Below are positions 12,790 to 22,685 of a DNA stretch of 64,000 nt, one piece after another. This DNA comes from Takakia lepidozioides. Its lineage: Eukaryota; Plantae; Bryophyta. The stretch covers positions 3,968,001-4,032,000 of the forward strand of contig CM060731.1 in the NCBI GenBank assembly GCA_030704615.1. The letters run 5' to 3'. Every line of letters starts with the position of its first letter. Positions within the stretch are counted from its first letter, which is position 1. A program made the position numbers and the translations under genes. Under the pieces are notes generated by a model. That model was not told where the DNA came from, did no database searches, and saw only the letters and a program-made list of their open reading frames with translations.

Positions 12790-15700
12790 ACTGCCAATAC
12801 AAGATGCAAGAGTGTTGGAAGTGTAGCTATATATACTGATGTGTGATGCTCCTCCCTCCTTAGCGTGTATCAGGTACATTGAATGCGGAGTCTTCACCTT
12901 AAAGCTAACTTGGCTGACATCATCGTTGTGACGTCTTATTGACGTGTAGCTCGGGGCTTAGTTGGATATCGTTGATGAAACTTTTGGACTTTGTCAGATG
13001 CATTGGCGAGATTGGATGAAGGTTCCCACATTCGTTCGCTGATGTCGTAGCCATTCCAATGTACGAAATACTCAAGACGTTTATACTTGATGCGAGAGTC
13101 TAGGACTTCGTCGACTTCATACTCAATTTCTTGATTGATTTCGATTGGTGAAGGTGGTACGGAAACTCTCCCTGGAATATTCGATGGATGATACAACTCC
13201 AATAATGAAACATGAAAGACTGGATGGATGCGCATACTTCGTAGGAGTTTAAGCCGAAAACTGACCAGATTTATTTGTCGAATAATTTTGAATCGGCCCA
13301 GGCGTTGATAATCCAACTTCCTTGATGGTCGCGAGGTTTGTATGTCCCGTCGAAGAAGCCACACACGATCTCCGACATTGAACTGGGGTTGGAGTTGGCG
13401 ACGTTGATCTGCATACTCGTTGTATTGTTTTTGAGCTTCTGCGAGGTGGAATGTAAGTTCCTTGTGAATCGTAGCAAGATGAGTAGCAAGGTTTTCTGCA
13501 GCAGGGCTTCCAACAGTCTTCATGTGGAAAAGGTTTGCTCGAGGATGATGACCATATTTGGAGAAAAATGGAGTTTGCTGGGTCGAAGAATGTATAGTGT
13601 TATTGTAGGCAAACTCAGCCAATCACAGAAGGTCCGTCCAATTATACTGCTCCAAAATCTGGTTTACATGTTCGGTTTGACCATCAGTCTGTGGATGATT
13701 AGTTGTAGAAATGTTGATCTTAGTATCCAATATGTGAAATAATCCCCTCCAGAAATTTGATATGAACTGTGGTCCTCGATCAGATACGATGTCCTTCGGG
13801 AGTCCATGAATGCGATAGATATTATTGAGGAAAAGTCTTGCAGTTTCCTCGCCGGTAACTGTCTTATTACATGGAATGAAATGTGTCATTTTCGTAAAAC
13901 GATCTACAATAACAAGGATTGAATCAGTGGTCTTGGAGATTGGAAGGTCCGTAATAAAGTCCATAGACACGGACGACCATGGACCCTTGGGAATGGGTAA
14001 TGGTTGAAGAAGGCCGTAAGGTCGATGTCGTGGTCTCTTCGCTCTAGCACACGTGTCGCAAGATTTTATAAATTCTTTCACGAGTTTCCACATCTATGGC
14101 CACCAATAGTCCCTGGATATCAATTCTATTATTTTGTTGAAGCCGAAATGTCCTGCAGCCGGAAGATCATGACATGTTTGAATAATTCGAAGTCGTGTAG
14201 GTTCTAGAGGTACATAAAGAAATCCCTTGAAATAAAGTAAGTCATCTTTGAACTCGAAGTCGTTTGCAACATGTGGGTTGTCTCGAGGTCGATTTAGTTG
14301 ACTTTGTAGTGTCATAGCGAATTGATCGCTCTTCAGTGCTTCCTGAATCTCCTTTATGATCTTGGCATCGTCATAGGTGGACATAGATAGCATATTCAAT
14401 TGGAGATTTGCTGGTTTCAAGATGATGGATTTCTGTTGGTCAAAAGCTGCATCCCCTTCCTTTGGCGCAAGATACGATCGTCGAGAAAGAGCATCTGGTT
14501 TTCCTTGAAGATGTCCAGGACGGTAGGTAATAACAAAATCAAACCTTGCTAGTGACATACGCCATCTCGCTTGACGGCGATTCAAAACACGAGCACTCAT
14601 AAAATATTCGAGGTTTTTGTGATCGGTATAGACAGTGACCTGATGTTTAGCTCCCTCCAATAGATGACGCTACTTCTCAAAAACATCGATAATCGCTAGA
14701 AGTTCTTTGTCATGGATTTCATAATTGATCTCCGCAGCGGAAAATTTGCGAGAACGAAAACCAACAGGGTGGAGTCGGCCATCTGTACCGTATTGTGAGA
14801 GTACCGCGCCAAGTGCAAAGTCCGATGCATCTACTTCTAAGAAGAATGGTTTAGATGGGTATATATGTACAAGTATTGGAGCCGTTGTAAATGCCTGCTT
14901 CAGCTTTTCAAATGTCTGGTCAGCCTTATCGTCCCATACAAATTTGTCCTTCCCTGTGAGTCGTGTCAATGGTGCAGCAATTTTGGAGTAGTCATTGATG
15001 AAGATTCTATAGAAATTTGCAAAACCCAGAAAACATTGTATATGTCGGACCGAAGTTGGTTTAATCCACTCGATGATGGTTTGTATTTTCTTCTGATCCA
15101 TAAAGACGCCTTTGTCGGAAATAATGTAGCCCAGAAATTCGACCTCAGATTGATGGAAAAGACATTTCTCCAACTTGACATATAGTCATCTTTATCTTAA
15201 TTTATCAAGGACAAGACGTACATGGCGGCCATGTTCTTCTTCGTTCTGTGAAAATATCAAAATGTCGTCCAAATAGATGACTACAAAGTCATCTAAAAAT
15301 TCTCGAAATATGTCATTTATCATATGTTGGAAAATTGCTGGAGTATTTGTAAGACCGAAAGAAATAACACTGTATTCAAAATGTCCATATCTTGTTCGAA
15401 AAGCTATTTTCCATTCGTCTCATTCTTTTATCCGTACAAGGTTATAAGCTCATCTCAAGTCGATTTTGGTGAAAATCTTTGCTCGTCCCAGCTGGTCGAG
15501 AAGCCCAGAAATCAGCGGCATAACGATTCTTGATTGTGACTTTGTTGAGACCGCGATAGTCGACACACATGCGTAATGATCCGTCCTTCTTTTTCACAAA
15601 CAAGATAGGCGCCCCCGTGGGTGATTTGGAATGTCGGGTGAAGTGCTTTGACAAATTTTCATCAATGTATTCGTGTAATGCGGCCAACTCCGTCTGGGAT

Positions 15701-16380
15701 AAGTTATAGATTGGGCCAAAGGGTGGTTGGGCTCCTTCTTGTAACTCAATTGCACAGTTATAAGGTCGATGTTCTGGCAATATGTCTGCATTTTTCTTCT
15801 CGAAGACATCTTTAAAATCTTGATATTGAGCGGATAATGTTGAAGTACCTTTGTCTGTTGTGGTCTTGATCGGAGTTGCATAAAGTGCAAATGCCGCCTC
15901 CTTTTTGGTAGCTCTCATGAAGGCTGTAGCTCCAAGAAACAGGGGTTGAATACCTTTGGTACTTTTGCATTTTTGTCTTGCCGAAATTTTTAGTGATTGC
16001 CAGTCGATGTCAGGATTATGAAGTACAAACCAAGGAAGTCTAAGGATCACAAGATTCGTTGGAGACTGGATGACATTGAAAACAATATGTGATGCTTGAT
16101 TTTTAAGCTTAACTTCAAGGGGTCGAGTTTCATGGTCAACATTTTCTGATGCTAACGGTCGTCCATCGATAACTTCAACAGGGGCCGAAAATTTCTTTCT
16201 TACGAGCGTTAAATTGTGTTGCTTCGCAAAGTCTTTGTAAAAAAACGCTGAAGCGCCCGAGTCCAAAAGTGCTTCTACGGAGATATCTCGATTTTGCATC
16301 CTGATCTTTACTGGAACTGTGAAACAAGATAAAGGGTCTGGAGGTAGAAAAAGACATTTTTTTGGTGAGGAATTTGGGGT

Positions 16381-16425
16381 GTCCAGCCGCATGGTCCCTA
16401 CTGTGACTGGACATCTTCGTTTTCC
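16381..16425 (-). other. Putative -1 ribosomal frameshift signal at the gag-pol junction
   Basis: Heptamer G_GAA_AAC (16425-16419), a 6-nt spacer, then stem GUCCAGUC…GGCUGGAC. The -1 frame reads [11 protein letters not shown] straight into the pol ORF MRLDTPN. Confidence 0.7.
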
Positions 16426-16792
16426 GACCTCCTCGTATCGAACACTTGAGTGGTGCCCCGAGCTTTGAATGTTCTCTTGTTGGGGCAGTTTAATGCCATG
16501 TGATCATTTTCTCCACAATAAAGGCATAATCCATTCAAGCGCCGTCTTTGTTTTTTATGTTGCGTCAATGGCTTGAATCGGACAGCATCAATCTGCATAG
16601 GATCATTACCGGATGTCTGATGGATCGTTGTATTTGGTGCCATAGTAGCAGCGACATGGTGTGTCGTCGACCATCCAGATCGCTTCTCTTGACGTCTTTC
16701 GAACAAACGATTATCGCATGCAATGACTTGGGTGAGGAATTCGCTCAGTGTACTCACGTTTGGCATTATTAGCAACAAATCTTTAACATCAT

Positions 16793-16944
16793 TGTCGTGC
16801 GCATACATATCGCTACACAACTACATTGCTGTCCAAAACCACACAACACATGTGCACGTCACACACTAGTATATCACTAGTCCACCACTAGGCTACAACT
16901 AGTCAGTCACTAGGCTGCCACTATGGCAGTCACTAGTCCACACA
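16793..16944 (-). repeat. Extra (solo-like) LTR of the PHD-Gypsy family, truncating chromovirus gag
   Basis: TG…CA unit near-identical to 17275-17462, with internal ccactagt repeats. Confidence 0.75.
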
Positions 16945-17274
16945 ATGATAAAGAAGAAGAATACAAGCACAAGCTCATGCGAGCTCATAAAGCTGAAGCA
17001 TAAACTCATGCATATATAACCTCATCACTCAAATACAAGTCAAGCCAAGTGCACCCCACGCCATGGGGAATCCACACTACAGCGCCATAGCTAGGCGCGG
17101 TGAGGCTCAACTCGAGAAAGATGAGCCTCCCGCGCTTGCCGTGAAGATAACCACTCCAGGGTCTAAATCTGCCTTGACCCCTGGATTGACACTTGGGCCA
17201 ATCCCAAATGTCAATATGTAAAAGCTAGCTATTTCCTAGCTAGTTTCACACTAGTGGTAAAATAACTTGACAGC

Positions 17275-19047
17275 TGTCGTGCGCATACATATCGCTACAC
17301 AACTACATCGCTGTCCAAAACCACACAACACATGTGCACGCCACACACTAGTATATTACTAGTCTACCACTAGTCCAGCCACTAGTCCAACCACTAGGCT
17401 ACAACTAGTCAGTCACTAGGCTGCCACTATGCTGCCCACTATGGCAGTCACTAGTCCACACAATCGCCCCCCTAGTTGGTGCTTAGGTCCCTCTAAGTGC
17501 AGGTAGCCACAAGATGTGATAATGACCATAGCCTCACTAAGTCCTCCACCACTATCCCTACTACACTCCAACTCGATAGATCAAGAGGCCGGGTGCAAGA
17601 GTTGCCCCATCGTTAGTCGCCGTCTTACAACCTGTGAACTTGAGCTTGGGATCTCATGTATTGACTCCTATGAGCTTGGCCTCCCATGTCTTGTTAGCTG
17701 CCTCCAGTCATGTCCACTACCACTATCCCAAGCAGTGTGGACACAACCAATCTCCGTCAGGAACCTTCTCAAGAGGTGGTGTCAAGCATCCCATATGCCA
17801 ACCCCTTGAGCATCGATCACACACCAGCATGGTGGCTGCCCCTTTGGCAGACCCACAGAGCATGCACCTCAAACCTGCAGGTACCACTGCCAAGTTTGGG
17901 TCAACTCTGCCATTGACATTGGGAAGGTGACATGGCGCACAATTACGCACATGGTCCTTCCAAGTCATGCCATCCCGACCCTCCAAGATCAGGACCCCTG
18001 AGGGCAACACCTCTCGAACCCTCAGAATAACACACCCTACAGTAACATCCAGAGTCCTAGGAGCAGTCTGCTACAAATAAACATAGTCACCAGGGCTAAA
18101 CCTCCGAACCCCAGGACGATATCTTCTACCACGTATAGTGACATACCTCAACGTATCACGGTGCTGTGCAATGGCAAGGTTCTCAAAAGCCATGGGCATG
18201 ACTTTCTTGAACAACTCTGCACGCTGATCACATGCACGTACCCACACGTCTGGATCGTCGAGGTTAAGGACTTGAGCAGTGTCCCTACAAATGGCTGCAG
18301 GCAAATCTGGCTCTCGGCCAAAGAGAAGGAAATATGGTGAGAAGGAGACAAGTGATGCTTGTTTGCTGAACCTGTAGCCCATGGCTAACCAAAGAACCTG
18401 AAGATCCCAATCTCATAGGTGTCTCTTCTGCAAACCATACTTGCGCAAACCCCTCTTCACCGTCTGAACGGCTCTCTCTGCCAAGCCATCGGCCTCAGAA
18501 TGATCCTGAGAAGTGGTGCGGTGGTCTATCAAGGCTTTATCACACAAAGTCTGAAACTCCCCCAAGAACTCTCTCCCTTGGTCCATGAGTACCTCAGCTG
18601 GAGCACCAAATCGGCTAAGCACACGATCCAAGAATGCATATGCAGCCCCCTCACTAGCCTTGTCAGACAATGGAACCAACTCAATCCACTTGGAGAAGTG
18701 CTCCACCATTACCAACACATATCTGTGGTGGCGCATAGTCAGTGGCAACGGTCCTGCGAAGTCAAGACTCCACCTGTAGCCCAATCCCATGATTGGTAAA
18801 AGATGCAACTGTGGTGTAGGGGCGTTGAAGAAAGCACGCACCCTGTCACACACCATGCACCTAGCCACGAACTGTTGCACCTCTGTATGCATACCACGCC
18901 ACCAATACTGCCCCTGCAGTAAACTGTGAGTGCGTCGCACTCCAAAATGCCCCAACTCCTCATGGGCATGCCGCACTAACCGTGCACGCTGTGTGGGGTG
19001 AGGCACAATCCTCACCCGACCATCCTCCCACACTCGAAGTAGGTGGT
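17275..19047 (-). mobile_element. Second PHD-finger Ty3/Gypsy 3' fragment (integrase, intact PHD, PPT, ~190 bp LTR), inverted relative to 9712-11647
   Basis: The integrase is highly similar to the + copy. PHD reads CMLCGSAKGAATMLVCDRCSRGWHMGCLTPPLEKVPDGDWLCPHC. PPT aggggggcgat is followed by the LTR at 17462-17275. Confidence 0.92.
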
Positions 19048-19049
19048 GG

Positions 19050-20340
19050 CATATCCAAGCTACTTATGAGGCAAATTAACTATCACTTATCTACCCACCG
19101 GGAAAGTGAAGGCGTTTGTTCAAAGTTAATGTTTTGGAAGGCCAATCTGCTGTGGAAGTCCTTCCTAGGTCCGCTGTTCTTGCCTTGCTTGAGCTTTACC
19201 ATGCTTCTACAAGTATGCTGGTCATTTGGGGGTTACCAAGACAGTCAAACGTTTGCAAGAATAATATCATTGGAAAGGGTTGGTGAAGGATGTTTTAGCC
19301 TTCATTGCTAGATGTGTTCACTGCCATGCTAAGACCATCCTGCCTAGAACCGAGGCTCCATTACCTTTACAGCCCATCCCTGTCACTGAACCTTTTGCTA
19401 GGGTGGGCTTAGATTTAGTTGGACCCCTCAAACCCACGTCCAAGGGCCATGCATACCTTGTTGGAGCCACAGATTACCTGACGAAATGGGTCGAGCTCCG
19501 ACCTTTGGTTGCTAAGGATAGTAGATGAAGTGGTTCAGTTTTTTTTTGACAAGGTGATCCTCCGCCACGGATGTCCCATTGAGATCCTCACGGATCAAGG
19601 TACCGAGTTTTGTAACCAGCTCATGGAAATTGTTTTGTTTAACTTGAATACTCATCATTCGGTGACTGCCCCTTATAACCCCCAATGCAATGGCTTAACT
19701 GAGCGTTTTAACAAGACCATGTGTCAGATTTTAGAGAAGAATGGAACTTTGATTGACGAGTGGACATGGCGGTTCCAATTCTGTTGTTTGCTTATCACAC
19801 TTCTATTCATGCTAGTACTAAGCTTTCACCTTTTGAGTTGTTGTATAGCAGGAAGTATCGTACCCCTTTGCATATTTCGTGGTTGTAGGTATCTGCCACT
19901 GAGCCTGAAAACTGGGAGTAATTTTTGCTCACTATGGATGCTAAGCGCAGGCAGCTTCGTGAGACTGCCAAATCCAATATACAATTTGCGCAGGCATCTC
20001 AGGCTAAGTATTATAACCGTAAGGTTGTGTATTCTGAGTCCTTTAAAATAGGGCAATCTGTTTGTGTCAGATTACAACTAGGGAAGCAGGTCTCTAAGGC
20101 TAAGCGGAGCATAGATGGCCCTTACCTTATCACTGAAATTCTTCCAGAGAGGCAGTATGTGCTTCTTCCCCAACACTCTTCCACTCCTAATCTGGCTAGT
20201 TCCGTTCATGTCTCTATGTTAGTTCCCTGCACTCTAACGTTTGACTTGACATGTTTGAATGTGGAGAATCGACAAGAAATTTATACTCCAACTAGGGCTG
20301 CTCACTCCCGCTTGCAATCTGTTCCAACTGAGCCATAGTT
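19050..20340 (+). mobile_element. Degenerate Ty3/Gypsy integrase of a different family
   Basis: Motifs FIARCVHC, PLQPIPVTEPFARVGLDLVGPL, TDYLTKWVE, ILTDQGTEF and YNPQCNGLTERFNKT, with frameshifts. A possible LTR lies at ~20583-21050. Confidence 0.85.
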
Positions 20341-21415
20341 AGCATTTAGTTGTTGTTTCGTGCTAGCAAGGGCATCAGCTTGTACGAAGCTTGGGATTTT
20401 TTCAAGTTGATCTTTTGTCCTTTGCCCAACTTGCAGGGCAAGGTTTTGTTCATTTGGTTTTTTCATCCCAAGCTTGATCGGATGCCTAGTTTTTGCTTAA
20501 TTTTGTTATAGATCCCTTGTGCACTTTTCCTTGGTAGCTCGCTGGAGCTCGCTTAGTTAGTGGGGCTAGCAAGCCTCACATATGTAAGGACTTGATTCCC
20601 ACCTGCTTGCTTTTGGGCATGGATGAATGATATCGTGGTGATGCTCATTCAGGCTAACGAATGACACCGGATGAGGCTCGCAATTAATCTTAGCTGGATG
20701 TAGGTGGAGTAGCCGTTACGCATTAGACGCTGGTACAGCTGGCTATATTAAGTTGATCTTGTCTTTAGTTAACAGTTAGATTAGGATCAGATTAGAGGAT
20801 GTGGCAGGCTTGTGTGGTCTAGCTGGGATGGTATCTGGCTAACCAATAGAAGGCAGCCGTTTGGCCTAGATAGGATTACTTGCTTAAGTACTATATAAAT
20901 CAAAGCACTCAAGAAAACGGGGTGGTGGATTTTGGTCTCAGATCTTGTATCTATGAAGTGATTGGATGAAAGTGTGTGAGAAAGGTTAATCTTTGTGTTA
21001 GATTCCATCCTGTCGAGCGTGTCACTGTCCTGCCGTGCTACAACCCTCATACTGGTAATACCGGACCAACAGGGGGAATATATCCCTGGCCCCGGAATCT
21101 ATTCACAAAGTTCACTGTTGTAATTATGCCACATCACAATGATAGTCGCATCTAGTCATGGATGTCACTGTCGCAATGTCTTTTATCAATTTATGAGTGC
21201 GACTCTAACTTAATAAGCACTCCAAATCGATGGGGAAATAAATCAGTCAATGAACGACATGGTGATGACTCATAGCATGTCAGTTGGAACCATCCTACCG
21301 ATGCAAAGAAATAATTGAAAACTGGATGTACTGTTTTTTCTTGAAACTTTTCAAAACAAAAACACCCAGGAGCCGCCTTACAAAAATCAGGCCCCTTGAT
21401 GATAGTGAGAGGAGA

Positions 21416-21568
21416 AAATAACCTTGCCCTAGGCAAGCACGAGGCTCACGGGACATTGCCCAAGGGAAGGGGGAGAAGATTATACCACTCTTGACAAGGT
21501 AGCAGGATTTGAACCCAGCAGCACCCGGGTGGCACTCAGTGCTCTACCCAACTGAGCTACAGACTGGT
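21416..21568 (-). mobile_element. tRNA-derived SINE or tRNA pseudogene
   Basis: A-box TAGCTCAGTTGG (21559-21548) and B-box GGTTCAAATCC (21515-21505). There is no proper acceptor or anticodon stem, and the 3' body is non-tRNA and ends in a T-run. Confidence 0.65.
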
Positions 21569-22043
21569 GGAAAGTGTTGTATTTTAATGTTTTCCAACAT
21601 ACTAACCGTGGTACTATGTAGAACCCCAGCAGCAGCCATTCTTTTAGTGGCGAATAATCGCCAGATTTCGACCTCAAAAAATAAAATCGAATATTCTGTC
21701 GCAAATCCACTGTTTTTTCATGGATGAAATCGCCAAATTTCTCCAAATAAATAATAAATTATGGATGAATCGCCAAATATGGATGATGTATATGGATGAT
21801 GGCACACAGTGGATGAATTACAGTGGATGAACAGAATAAATGGCTATTTCCTGCAAACTCGTGCTATTTTCCAAATTTCTTAAGAAAAACACTGCCCAGC
21901 AGCATTCAGAATTTCATTAAAAACATGCATATCAATCTCTGACTTTCGCCCCAATTTCTGGGATCAAGAGTCCCACGAGGCCCTACCTATTCATCAATAC
22001 GGTGCTAGCGGGGTGCCGGAGAAATCCGACCATGGAAATCTTT

Positions 22044-22085
22044 ATCCCATATCGTTTGCGCAGTTCTGCAAGCCATATATATATA
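22044..22085 (+). promoter_or_regulatory. Plant type-3 Pol III promoter (USE + TATA)
   Basis: USE ATCCCATATCG (consensus RTCCCACATCG) at 22044-22054 and TATATATATA at 22076-22085. The short spacing is Pol III-like, and the +1 G is at 22105. Confidence 0.8.
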
Positions 22086-22104
22086 CCCAAACAGACTACC
22101 CTTC

Positions 22105-22403
22105 GTCAGGCGGGTGATGTTGCGGCCACCTGTGACCCAAGCGGGGCCGGGAGATTGTGGACAGGCTGCGGCCGGATAGGGCCGCCGGCGGCGTGTCGAG
22201 CGCATGCCCGCTCCAAGCCCGGAGTCGCAGCGGGTGCCCTGCCGGAGGGCGGGGTGGCCGCGTCGTTGGAGCAGAGGACAGCGTGAGGCGGGCAACCGAG
22301 CAGCGAATACCTCTCGCTCCGGGCAGTGGAGGGATTACGAGCCTGAACGTCCTCCGGTCTAGGGAGGAATGTGGAAAGCAAACACTGCCCAGATTGTGGT
22401 TTT
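22105..22403 (+). ncRNA. 7SL / signal recognition particle (SRP) RNA gene; 3' end possibly degenerate
   Basis: Alu-domain motif TGTGACCCAAGCGGGG; helix 6 ccctgccGGAGggcgggg; helix 8 cgtgaggcggGCAAccgagcagcg; helix 5 gcccggag/ctccgggc. It has a USE+TATA promoter, and TTTT at 22400-22403 gives ~300 nt. Confidence 0.85.
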
Positions 22404-22685
22404 GTAAGGGAAGCATGAGAAGGGAGGACTTGAAATCTTCCTGGACTATGAAAAATCTCTAATACATAAAGTTGTTTCAGACTGGCATGGAGTGGAAGTT
22501 TGAATTGCCCTGTCTATATATGTACAAACTAGAAGGGCCATGTCTGACATATTCGTGTCTCTGATGACCAGTAGGAAAAATTCCAGCATGGCATCTTTGT
22601 GCCAGTAACTGATTATCAGGGTGTCATTTCTGAGAACCTGAGTTTAGTGGAAGGATGGGACCCATGGATCAAAGGAGGGATTGAG

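Larger units (their letters stand above)
11701..16792 (-). mobile_element. Tcn1-like chromovirus (Ty3/Gypsy): gag(CCHC)-PR-RT-RH-INT-chromodomain; 5' truncated, with stops and frameshifts
   Basis: Gag PMQID and [14 protein letters not shown]; protease LLDSGAS; [13 protein letters not shown] and YLDD; RNase [12 protein letters not shown]; integrase SMDFITDLP; chromodomain EYEVDEVLDSR…YFVHWNGY…WEP. Confidence 0.95.

Noticed and set aside
16793-17462. Complete TRIM mini-element bounded by two short LTRs
   Set aside because: No PBS, PPT or TSD fits this reading, and the 17275-17462 LTR belongs to the adjacent integrase-PPT unit.
21495-21568. Functional tRNA gene
   Set aside because: A and B boxes are present, but the acceptor and anticodon stems do not form. 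Treated as a SINE or pseudogene.
22002-22462. Overlapping GC-rich ORFs
   Set aside because: Artefacts of the GC-rich SRP RNA gene.
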